Shown here: positions 24,338 through 36,336 of the stretch, in pieces
Layout: the number at the start of each line of letters is the position of its first letter
Position numbering within the stretch: position 1 is the stretch's first letter
Source: Hormiphora californensis
Lineage: Eukaryota > Animalia > Ctenophora
NCBI GenBank assembly: GCA_020137815.1
Contig: CM035356.1
Coordinates: 7,998,001-8,062,000 of the forward strand
Length of the DNA: 64,000 bases
Direction of reading: 5' to 3'
Position numbers and translations under genes: made by a program
The notes under the pieces: generated by a model
The model's database searches: none
The model's input: the letters and a program-made list of their open reading frames with translations, nothing else
Told to the model about the DNA's origin: nothing

Positions 24338-25680
24338 AGTACAAGCAGCACAGCTGGTAATTGAATGTTACACATATTGTCAGTAACACACCTACAAGTT
24401 GCACGTGTGTTAACATATTTTCCACTAGTGTGCCTCTCAGTCACCAGCACCATGGTAGTTACAGTCAGGACCATGGGGGTTAGAACAGTTGCGATTAGAT
24501 AATGCTGCACAGATCTTACCGGGGGGGGGGGGCATCTTACCTTTTTTTATAGTCTCTACTATAATGGAAACCAGGAACCCGCCGGTAGCCCTGCTCGTGA
24601 TTCGTCTTTAGGATTGTTATCAGTTTCAGTAGCCAATCGAATTAGTCCTTTATGTGCTTTCTCTCTCCCCCCCCCCTCTCTCTCTCTCTCTCCCTCTCCC
24701 TCGTCATTTCCTATATCATATACGAGAGATAACTGAAACTAACGTGTCCGAGTGCGGCGGCAAGAGGGCTCGCATTTTATTTTTAATAAAGGTTCCCCTC
24801 TCGTTATATAACCGTATTATTATTACCAAGCCCGGACTCATTTCTACCCATTATGATATCGATGTGTGTGAATTCCAGGTCTTTTTGAAGGAGTAGTTCA
24901 GTTTTGTAAAAAATGGGAAGTGACGAGCCTCGCGTCATTTATTTTCTCCCCCATCCCTCGATATGGCGTTCAATATAGCTTCATTTCTTTCTCTCAATAA
25001 ATGTGATTGCTTTTTGAAATGAACAATATCTTGACACTTTTTTGATAGCTTTGTCATCAAATAGGGTTCCTTTAAAACTATCTTCTTTTAAAATGAGTGG
25101 TAGTACTGCCTGGTATGCGCTCAGATCGGGTCGGTGCCGCAACACAGGCGATAGTCAATATTTTAATCTAGACGGGATAGAAAACGTTCTAAGGACCTGG
25201 TTTCTGGGGAATAGGGTGCGATCGAAGTCTCGTCTATTATAAATGCTCCAGTCTATTATAGAGGCGACCAGTGCTCAGACAGTTTAGCGCAAGGTTTTCC
25301 TTCCCTAATTGGATTAGTATGTGAAGAAGTGACGTCCTTTTTAATTGCTAAACAGAAGTGGTAGTAGCAGTTCAACTTCCATACTGTGAAATCACCCTAC
25401 CTTCTTTCTTCCCTTTCTCTCCTCTCTCACTACCTCCAAGCGGCGTGGTTTCTTCCTTGGTACATAATATTATTAATAAGTACCCCCCTGTCCGGATATA
25501 TCCTTCCCGCCCTTCCCTGGCTTCACCGCGGCCTGTCACTAGACCTGCCATTAATTTCACACGTCTGCAAAAATCGTTGCACAGCTGCGTTGTATTTAAC
25601 TTCTTTTTGTCGCCGCTCTGACCCTCCTATCCACGATGAAGGATTCTCAACAAGGCTGCTACTACGATCAAGAATCAATC

Positions 25681-28600
25681 ATGGCTGGACTTGCAAGTCT
25701 TAAACTTACTACCTTGTTCACTTATGTGGGATTTGTGTGCAGCTGTGGACTGTATGAGTTTGCTGGGATATTCTGGATGACCTATTTTAACCCCTTTATC
25801 CAAACCTACATAGGTGTGTTTGAGTGAGAGGGGGAGGGAGAGAGATAAAGATAAAGAGAGAGGGGGTGGAACCTGTAAAACACATGATAATTGGCCAAAA
25901 AGTTTGTTTTTACATCTCTTGGAACCCGCAATAAACATTCTTCCTACAGGGTTATCCAGTAGTAACATTGGTACGATTGTGTTGGTGGCTAATATCACAG
26001 ATGCACTTGCTAATCCTACCGTTGGTATTCTTATCGAGTCCATTAAAATACCTTTCTTCGGGTAAGTTATTGACTTGCTAGTTTTGTTGTGCCCCCCCCC
26101 CCCCCGACCATTACTCAACAAGGTTAGTTGTCATGGCTACCCTGGTTTATCTAATTTAATATGATTCTTATCATTCCACGGCCGTCATGGCCCTGTAATG
26201 CGTGTTAAAAGATGCATCTAGATGGCCGCTTGTATAACTCAATAAGCCTAATCCAATTGCAACAAGTTGCTGCAATTGAATTAGGCGACAAGCAACCTTA
26301 CCCACCCTGCACCCTGCACCACGCACCCTGTGGTTGAGGTTCAATGAACCTGGTTCGTCCTAGGAACCCGCACCCTGCACCCTGTACTTCATCCTAGGAA
26401 CCCGCAACCCGTACCCTGTGCCCTGTGGTTCATCCTAGGAACCCGCAACCTGTACCCTGCACCCTGTACTTCATCCTAGGAACCCGCAACCTGTACCCTG
26501 CACCCTGTACTTCATCCTAGGAACCCGCAACCTGTACCCTGCACCCTGTGGTTCATCCTAGGAACCCGCAACCCGTACCCTGTGCCCTGTACTTCATCCT
26601 AGGAACCCGCAACCTGTACCCTGCACCCTGTGGTTCATCCTAGGAACCCGCAACCTGTACCCTGCACCCTGTGGTTCATCCTAGGAACCCGCAACCTGTA
26701 CCCTGTGCCCTGTACTTCATCCTAGGAACCCGCAACCCGTACCCTGCACCCTGTGGTTCATCCTAGGAACCCGCAACCTGTACCCTGCACCCTGTACTTC
26801 ATCCTAGGAACCCGCAACCTGTACCCTGCACCCTGTGGTTCATCCTAGGAACCCGCAACCTGTACCCTGCACCCTGTACTTCATCCTAGGAACCCGCAAC
26901 CTGTACCCTGCACCCTGTACTTCATCCTAGGAACCCGCAACCTGTACCCTGCACCCTGTGGTTCATCCTAGGAACCCGCAACCTGTACCCTGCACCCTGT
27001 ACTTCATCCTAGGAACCCGCAACCTGTACCCTGCACCCTGTGGTTCATCCTAGGAACCCGCAACCCGTACCCTGTGCCCTGTACTTCATCCTAGGAACCC
27101 GCAACCTGTACCCTGCACCCTGTACTTCATCCTAGGAACCCGCAACCCGTACCCTGCACCCTGTACTTCATCCTAGGAACCCGCAACCTGTACCCTGCAC
27201 CCTGTGGTTCATCCCAGGAACCCGCACCCCGCGCCCTGTACCCACCACTATGCTGATTATATTTCAGGAACAAAAGGGGATGTCATCTTATTGGATCACT
27301 TCTAATAATCCTGTTTTTCCCTGTAATGTGGATAAATTGTCCTTTCTGCTCTGACGATACTCAACGTGTAATCTACTATGGTAGGATGATGACTTTCCCG
27401 ACTTTATTTTTCTTCTTCAGATCCATTGTCCATACTCTGTCCAAACTCAATATCCAGTATCCGCTCTTATTGTCAGAGCATTGGTCTGACAGCACTCATA
27501 TCTATTCAGGTGCAGTAGCGGGGTTCCTGAATGCTGTAACACCCTTCATCTTTCTACCTCACCTCTCTATGATAGCCGTTCTGGCTGATTCAGAAAAACA
27601 ACGGTACATCCTTGGAGGTAGGTTTAACTGCTGTTAGGTAAACTGAGCAACTCTTTGGGCAGGTCGGAAGGTTTCTCCCCCTCTCAGTCTCAAAAAGAAA
27701 GTTGCTGTTGAGTTACCTGAAACAGTGTCCGGGCTATGAACAATTATAATTTTAAATGTAAGGGGTCTTGTTTCAATGAATGTGAATTATGAATGGGATA
27801 AATTCGACTTACCATTATGCACATCCGTTATCTCCAAATTAAATTATTATAATCGCAAATGCATTGACGAAAATACCCGGTGCCTGATATAACACGACCC
27901 AGCCCGTACCCGTTGAGAAATTATGAATCATAAAACTCGATGTTGTTACCCCCTCTCCTTCCATCTATTCAGGAATCAGTTCATTCTCTAAGCAGTTCTG
28001 GGGACTGCTAGCCTACGCAACAATGTGGTTACTCATTGGCGCTGACAAGGCCACGGGAGATGATGATTTAGGGACTAAACTTGGAGAGCAACTCAAGGTA
28101 GTATTCATCATATCATGTTATCAACTTTGTGCTTCTTGTTGGGGGGGACGACATGTTAATTGTTAATAAATCACCTCTTTTTTTCGATTTTGTTAATTAA
28201 CGTTAATTAACAAAATTAACAAAATTAACAAATGCTAAAAGACCGTTCTTATTGGCTGATAATACGACTTTAACTGGTTTAATTTTATAGTTTAATGACT
28301 TACCTAACGCATATATACCCAAACAAGGCCTTTTCCGATAACCTAAGTCCGACATACAGGTTTTTTTGGCTCAAAACGGATAAAAATAAAAAATTTACAA
28401 ATATTTCTATTTAGCGTATAAAATCTCACTTCAACGTAATTTTTTCATTGGTAATCGATTCCTTGGACTTAATAAGATGATATACAACATTTTTGTTGAA
28501 AAAGGAAATGAAATTTTTCCAAAATCAATTTTTTGGTCAAAGATTGAAAATTTGCTTCGTTACAAATCCTTGTGGTTTTTTAGAAAAATTTATTTTTGGG

Positions 28601-31202
28601 ATATTTTTCGTTTTAAGGTAAATTCATGAGTCTGACTTAATTTTTAGGGTTGGAAAATGTGGATTAGTGTCATTTGACTTCAATTGCGGTTTATTTTGGC
28701 TAGTTTTTATTAAAATTTACACAATGGAACAAATCGCTGTAAAAAAGCCGTAGTAGAGGTAGTGGTGGTATTTAAATCGTGCAGAAGGAACAACTTTGCT
28801 CGCAGAATAAGTGTTAAATACCAAAAATACGTGCAAAAGGGGATTTAGATGGTATAAATGGCATTTGTTAACGTTTGTTAACTTTTTGTTAATTTTGTTA
28901 ATAAATCACCTGTTTTCTCGATGTTAATATTAACAAAGTTAACAAAATTAACATGTCGCACCCCCCTTCTTGTTATAACGTTCCTTATCAATATACTTAG
29001 CATTTACCATTCATATGACTTTATTTAACTCTGTTTTATCTTCAATTTCCGTCTCTTCTTTTTCTCACTTTCTCGTGAGACGAGTAAAATGAGATAGACT
29101 TCTTTGCCCCTAAATTACATAAATATAATGGTTAGAATAGCCCCCTCCCTCCCACCCAGAAAGCATCCTACGTGGTTGTGATTGTTGGAGTTCTCTGCAC
29201 TGCAGTCTTCCATGCCTCAGTCTGGAACATAAAAGATGAAAAACGTGCCAACCATTCTCCTACTTTTGAAGGAGCTCTCCCCGTGAGCACCAGCAAACGA
29301 GCTGCTCTGTGGGATGAAATCAAAACTGCCAGCAAGTCACCTAACTTTTATATTGTAAGTTGGTTGTATTTCTAGTATAGAAACTTTCCTTGGATCTTTG
29401 TAAAATCGATATTTTAACTCTGGTTTTCTGTCCCAGTTAGGGCTGCTGTATTTTGTGTGCAGGAGTGAGTTGATCCTTTATAATTTCTACCAGTACTTTT
29501 ACTATGAAATCTCACTACATCTGAACGAGGTAACAAACAAACAAACAAACAAACAAACAAACAAACAAACAAACAAACAAACAAACAAACAAACAAACAA
29601 ACAAACAAACAAACAAACAAACAAACAAACAAACAAACAAACAAAAACAAACAAACAAACAAACAAACAAACAAACAAACATTAACAAACAAAATGCCAT
29701 CCTCCTTTGTTTCAGGGTGCAGTGGCGTACCTTCCATTTATTTGTTTGTCTGTAGGAGGAGTTGGGAGTATTGCTGTAAAATCCATCGTGAAACGAATCA
29801 CCCCAATCGTAAGTAACACTTTCGAAATGTTTGCATATAATGTAAATTTTGTTTACATATGTAAAATAATATATTGTCGACCCTCCCAATTTATCTTATT
29901 TCAGGGAACATTTTTAGTTGGGATGATGTTAGTCGTTATCTCTGGGTAAGGAATATAATTAATATTTTAAAATATTCATTTTCTAACCCCCACCGCTCTT
30001 ATCATTATAGGGTTTTAGGACTGAGAGTAAGAAATCTTTCCGACCAGTATTAATATTATAGAAGCTATATTTAGGCTACAAAACAGAAAAAATCCCCCAC
30101 GGTAGAATGGTAGATCCCATGCCACCATCCGTGTACCACATCCAACTCCCCCACCATAGCTCTAACCCCCCCCCCCTACAGGATTGTATTTATGATTCTA
30201 CCTGCTTCCTATGAAAATATCGTGATAATCCCTGTTATAACGTGGAGTGTGGGTAGTATCTTCATGTACACACTATCACTGTCCTTTGCATCCAATCTGC
30301 TAGTAGAACTAAAGGTACTTTTTAGAATCCTTTTTTTTAGTTTCAGGACTAATTTCAATCCTCATATATACAGTCGGACCCCGATTTAGGGACACCCTCG
30401 GGGGAAAGGCTCTTGTCCACTAAATCGGGGTGTCCACTAAATCGGGGTCAAATAAGGTTAATTTCCTATATCGGGGGAAAAAATCCTGTCCCTAAATCGG
30501 GGTGCCACTAAATCGGGGCCCCTAAATCGGGGTCCGACTGTAGTAGAATATGTTTTTTTAGTTTTAGGACTAATTTCAATCATCAATTTGTCAGTCCTTA
30601 TTCGCTACGACCTTCCTTTATTCCTCCTCTTAATTAAATTGTTTTGATAACCCTCTCCCTAATCACCATGTTATGTCAGATAAGCGATGTTGGTCTGTGG
30701 GGAGTTTATAATCTCATTGACAGGTTTCTATTCGGTATCCTTTTCGTTGTTCTACAAAATGTCCGGCCCTGTCCAGATAGCAAGTATGTTTCCTACTTGG
30801 TAATGAAATTACCCCTCCGCAAAATATAATAACAGGGGTGACTACTGACTTCGTAACCAAGTTTCCTACATTCTCTATGCCTCTACAACTTTAACTTTTC
30901 AATAGTTATGTTATACCGGCTGTCATTTACCCCCTCCCCCTGTTTTACCACCCTGTTTAACCCATCCATCTCCCTGTTTAACCCCTCTCCTCCCCAGGGA
31001 ATGCTGCGAGGCGTGTGAGGACTTCTATCGATACGCCTTCGGGGGTGGATTTGTAATTCTGGCAATCGCAGCGGGTGGTTTAGCACTGGGAAACCATTTC
31101 CTGATGAAGTCTGCATCCCGCAAAGTTGAGTTAAAACCGAGGACCAGCCGAGGGGTAAGTCAAATTCAAATTGTACGGAACGATGATCAGGCTGCCCCAT
31201 GA
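25681..31202 (+). CDS. MFSD12-like major facilitator (GPH/MFS_2) transporter, ~12 exons
   Basis: Approximate exons 25681-25813, 25950-26061, 27268-27380, 27510-27617, 27972-28097, 29160-29354, 29436-29529, 29716-29808, 29905-29945, 30182-30314, 30680-30783, 30998-31202. Motifs W.TYF, ITDALANPTVG, G.KR..HLIG, CPFC, HLSMIAVL, GVYNLIDR, CCEACEDFYRY resemble MFSD12. The start could be 25636. Confidence 0.82.
26300..27245. repeat. ~39-bp minisatellite (~22 copies) filling an MFS intron up to ~20 bp before the acceptor
   Basis: Unit CATCCTAGGAACCCGCAACCTGTACCCTGCACCCTGT(AC/GG)TT. Confidence 0.95.
28141..28966. mobile_element. Non-autonomous TIR element with 8(-9)-bp TSD (Merlin- or MULE-like)
   Basis: TIR GGGGGG(GA/TG)CGACATGTTAAT; TSD TTCTTGTT at 28133-28140 and 28967-28974; subterminal TTAACAAAA repeats. 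Confidence 0.85.
29532..29692. repeat. (AAAC)n microsatellite starting at an MFS splice donor
   Basis: GAG|GTAACAAACAAAC... Confidence 0.95.
30371..30540. mobile_element. Tc1/mariner-type MITE in an MFS intron
   Basis: TA|CAGTCGGACCCCGATTTAGGG...CCCTAAATCGGGGTCCGACTG|TA. Confidence 0.88.
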
Positions 31203-31534
31203 GGGATGTATGATACCATATAAGGACTGTGACAGAAAAGAAATGACGAACAGTATAGGAAAAGGGCTGAACATTGGTCAGTGACCAAGGTGAAATTACA
31301 GAACTATTTTAACTGTGATTCAATTCTTTTAATATTTTATCCACATGACCGAAGGGATCATCTCATAATTTATTATTTAACAGCTTATTTTCCATTTCCG
31401 GATGATGATTTTTACCCGCCCTGTTTTTATTTTACTTACCGGTGAGCAATTGGGACCAAAAATACACGAAATTAAGACTAAGAATCGACACAATATCAAA
31501 TAACAATAATTCAAAACAATATTAAAATAGTTTA

Positions 31535-34500
31535 TCAGTTTCTCAATATCAAATCGGGATTGTCTTCCATGCATTTTTCCATTTCCTGGTGCCTTGGGCT
31601 CCGGGAGGGGTCTAATGAGGTCTCATAGCCGTCATATCCAAACATATCAGCATCAGGTTTTAAGAAGAGGATAGTGTGATCTTTGAGGAGTTGGGGGAGG
31701 GAGTCCCATTCAGCTCTAACCTCTTTCGTGGAGGCAGCACCTGTAACAATTAGTATACACATATCAAACATGCCCGGCCTCTCTCACCGGCAATAGTAGA
31801 ATCTCTGATTCACACAAATGTGGTGCAGCACTGTAGAATATGGAATTATTATGGATAATATTCTTTCTCGGAGTTCCATAGAATGACCATTATACACGTG
31901 CACTTCAAAGCATCATGTGGCTACGAATTCTTTCCCCTGCAGCAGTGGGTAGCGGCACATTATATCAAATGTTTTACACATCATGATGCATCATAAGGTA
32001 ATGTGCCCCTCGGCCTCGAAAACACACAATCTTACATGCCGGATGCCCCGAGCTGAGGTATAATATAGGACCGACAGCTGGATAAAACATGTTCAATACA
32101 TTTAAGAAACACAACTACAGTCGGACCCCGATTTAACGGCACCCTTGGGTTTTGTCTGTTAAATCGGGGTCCGAGTTCCAACTGTATTTATTGAAACACT
32201 TACCTGTACTGGTACTTTTGATGTTGGTTAACTCTTTGTAGGGTAACCCAAACTTATCTCTTAGGAAGTGGTAGTCTTCTGACAGGTTCTCCACCTTACC
32301 GATAAAATCGTACCTGAATCATGAAAGGATGTTTGATCGTTGTCGGACACTGACTGTACAGTGTACATCGCGCAACCTCGATGCCTGTGAAGAGGACGGT
32401 CTTATATGAGACAAATAGATCGGCACTATATAATACAGATTAAACTATTTGCTGCCGCCGACCCCGTTTCGACAGACTATCATTGACAGTGCGCTTAGAT
32501 CCGGCGCCGCCATACAGAACGGACACGAACTTTTCCATATGTCTCCCTTACTTTATGTTGCAGTGCTCACAGAGTCCAAGAACTGTTAGAAAATGCATGT
32601 TTATCCGTAGTGCCCTCTGAAATAATGACAATATGACGATCAGGGGTTCTTATTTTCTCTACAGCAACAATCAGCACAACATGCTCTTACTGCAGTTTGT
32701 CCGTTCCCCTCCAGCGGTCATGCAGCCACACGTGTTAAACGTAACAGATTCTCTCATAAATTACAGATGCAAACTAGACCTACCGCTTCATTAACCATAG
32801 TGATATCCCGACTGTATCTCTCCAGCTCAATTTGGGGAGTAAAGATGAGAAAAATAAGCAGCATGCCCAGATTTAATGCCTTCTTATTTCCACAAATGTC
32901 CCTCATTTGTTCGTTCAAGTAGTCCATTAACCCAGGATCCATCATCTCCGGGTACTGTATTGTAATGTTTCTGAGGATCCAACATGCTCCCTCACTCCTG
33001 ATCGTTTGGTAGATCGTGAACTCTTCTGCAGTGCTGTTACCTGGAGGAAGTAGTTCTATAGTTAGTTCTCCCATATTGGTTGGCCACATTGATACCCGAG
33101 ATCGATCTTTGGTAGTACACTGCAGTGTAGTGTCCATGTCTTCTATTGCAAGCCATGTTTATAAAGGGACCTTAACTTTCCTTGTAAGAGAGAGCGTTGA
33201 ACAAGTCATTGACTAGTAATTGGCTAACCAATGACTTGCACCTCGAGAGAAGGAGAGAGTTGTCAACCATTGACAACTCTCCCCTTCTCCCATCCTTGAG
33301 GTGCAAGAGAGGGCCCTCTCTATCTTACACCTGCGTCTCCACCCCCACCCCCTCATTACGCGACGAATGGTGTTTGATCACTTCTAGTAGAAGTGATCAA
33401 ACACCATTCGTAATGAGTTCTACCACACCTGTAAACTTGTCCCGGTATCCAGATAAAAGTCGAGATAGGGGGTCCCGGACAGTGGTAAACTTGTAGTAGT
33501 TATAGATCTTCCGTCTGGTCTCCATTTTCATCGTTTTCCATTCCTGGAGGAAATGTAGTGTTAACCGGGGCAGTGTTAACTGGGATAATGTTAACCGGGA
33601 TAGTGTTAACCGGGATAGTGTTAACCGGGATAGTACGTTAACCGGGATAGTGTTAACCGGGATAGTGTTAACCGGGATAGCGTTAACTGGGATAGTGTTA
33701 ACCGGGATAGTTTTAACCGGGATAGTGTTAACCGGGATATTGTGTGTCGGCTGCAGCCAACTACTGGACTGATAGAAGTATTACTTTTGAAGGAATTTAC
33801 CTGACCAGGACCAAATCCAAATAAAGTTCTGTTTCCCCACCACAAGTACTCATAATGTGGGTACTCCATAACCGCTGCCTCTTCATCAGATATCACATCG
33901 TTTAGTTGCAGAATGGTCGTCTTCCAATTTGATGTGCCTACAAGTATTTAAATGTTTAAAGGTTGCTGGATTTGATTTAGAAGTAGACTGAAGAGGTAGC
34001 CCAATTGAAATTGAACTTCAACAAAAACAGCTAACATCTGGAGCCCATACATTGATATCTGTCAGATATCAATGTATGGGCTCCAGGCGCTTGCCAGAGC
34101 TATGATTTCTTACCAGTTTTCCCTACTGAACAGTACAGCATTTTGTGTTTGAACACGGGGAGTAGCCGTCTCCTAACCGGTCTCAATACTTCATAGGTAC
34201 AGTGAGGAAGTCTCTCCTTCCTGTCCTTGAATCCCTGACATATCTCCCAGACACGTTGTGCCCTTTCCTCCCCGTTCAGTTCCCTTCTCTCCTTCCCCAC
34301 ATCATCATCCCCTTCATCAGTAGTTCTCGTATTCCCTCCCAGATCTGTAAAATCCCTAACTCCGGAGGCTAGCAACTCAGGCTGATCAGGTAGCAACTCA
34401 GGCTGATCGGCTGCCAGAGGTGGTGTTACGGTGGTATGGGGTTGTTTGGTTGTATACTCCTTCGGCCACGATAGTTCAGTTGTTGGGGATGCGGTATAGT

Positions 34501-34846
34501 AGCTCTCTGAAAAATGCAGGGTTCTGTCAAACTCTGCAGTACAAACGAAGGGGAGCAGCAATTCAATGAGGTATTTGTTGTCTAGTGTGCACCAGGAACC
34601 GACCGAATCAGGAAATACTGGTCCCTGATTGGCTGATAACCAGTCACGTGACCTAAATAACGAGCTCTGATTGGTTGTTTACTTAGTCCGGTCGGTTCCT
34701 GCTATTTGTTGTCTAGTGACAGAGCCATGTTATATTTCCATGGTTCCATACTCACCGGGGGAGGGGCAACAAAAAATGACGACAACAGCTATCAAAGAGA
34801 TGGTATAGAAAATGTAGGTGCGGTGTCGCAAAACTGCTCGAAACAT
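31535..34846 (-). CDS. Golgi carbohydrate sulfotransferase (Sulfotransfer_2, CHST8-14/HNK-1ST family), ~8 exons
   Basis: N-terminal TM anchor (YIFYTISLIAVVVIFCC), 5'-PSB YCSVGKT|GTSNWK, 3'-PB VRDPLSRLLSGYRDKF, MHF...LCEHCNIK|YDFIGKVENLSED, C-terminal PDADMFGY. Confidence 0.88.
33556..33740 (-). repeat. 15-bp minisatellite (CCCGGTTAACACTAT) immediately upstream of a sulfotransferase acceptor
   Basis: About 12 copies ending ~12 nt before TTCCTCCAG| on the minus strand. Confidence 0.9.
34592..34701. mobile_element. ~110-bp MITE (CAGGAACCGACC...GGTCGGTTCCTG); further copies at 35117-35225, 35627-35722 and 47995-48100
   Basis: Four near-identical copies in both orientations, with 12-bp TIR and a central GTCACGTGAC palindrome. 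Confidence 0.9.
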
Positions 34847-36336
34847 GCCCTGTTTGAGCTGAGGAGATCGGTATAGAGTGGAGAGGACCCTTGATCTGTA
34901 TGGCGCCGCCAGACTTAGACCCCGTTTAGGTTTGCACTCTGATCGGCGCCGCCAGACAGGTAAATCGGGGTCCGACTTCAAGCACTCGGCTATTCTAGAT
35001 GGTGTTTGTGAATTTGCGAAATGAAAATAATTGCGTGGAATAATCGGAATATGTTTATGAGCATGGAAATCGCACTGATGATCAACAGCGGACTAGCAGA
35101 GGGGCTGGAGTTCAACCAGGAACCGACCGAATCAGGAAATACTGGTCCCTGATTGGCTGATAGCGAGTCACGTGACCTAAATAACGAGCTCTGATTGGTT
35201 GTTTACTTGGTCCGGTCGGTTCCTGAGTTCATCTCGTAAATTAAGAGCAGCTTAATGGTTATATATGTAGAGATGTGAGAATGAGATTGGTCCGCATTAA
35301 GGGATGTCAGTATATGATATTAACATGATATTTTAATCTATATGGTAGCAACATATGTAGCGCAGTTCAATATACATACATATACAATGTATACATAGCT
35401 CTCTCACACCCGGGGTGCACCCCATGGTTCGAAGAGAAATATCCACATATTATATGGATAGTCGTGCTGGAACTTCAACTTCGTGACACACACTGATCAA
35501 GTTCGACAGTTCTCCTCCACACAAAAGAAATGAGTTGATGAACCAGAAGACTAAGAGAAGAAGTTCTTCTGGTTCATCAAGAACTAGCTTCTTCAGGAAG
35601 GAGGGATCTCGGTCAGAGGTCTCTACCAGGAACCGACCAAAACAAGTAAATAACTAATCAGAACTCGTTATTTAGGTCACGTGATTGGTTATCAGCCAAT
35701 CAGGGATCAGTATTTCCTGATTCGGTCAGAGGTCTCTACTGTACTGTTAAGATAAGAGGCTCCAGAAGACAATGCATGAAACACGTACATGCCAGGATGG
35801 ACGATACCATGACCTCACGGGATCACATTATCCTTCACACTGTGGGTGACCGCATCGGTTTCCAACAGTGGGGCTGTTCTGAAAAAAAGAGGGCCCTGGT
35901 TGAATCATTCATTGTCCTCCCGATACCATTCAATCGTAACAATTATCCCTAGGGGCCTAGGATTCCCCAAGCCCGCACTCAGACGCCGACCCGGTCGGAG
36001 CGGATAGATAACCAGGGTCTGTCTCCGCCAGGTCCAGGCTTAGTTGGGATCGGCCAGGCAGTCTACTTGGAGAATCCTAGGGATGGTTGTCTAACAGTAA
36101 ACAGGGCGAAGGGGAACGCTGATTTTAGTTTTTACCGAGGGAACTGACCCACTTGAAGTTGAACAAAATTAAAAACGGTTATTTATTTTGGTATTAACTG
36201 AACGTTACTATAATTGAATCGGGACACAATATACTTATCAATATTAGTGGAAACTAAACATGTAGAAAAATCATCCAATCCTGTCTCTTCTTGGTAGCGG
36301 TACTAACAATATCTATAATACCCCTTTAAATTCAAC

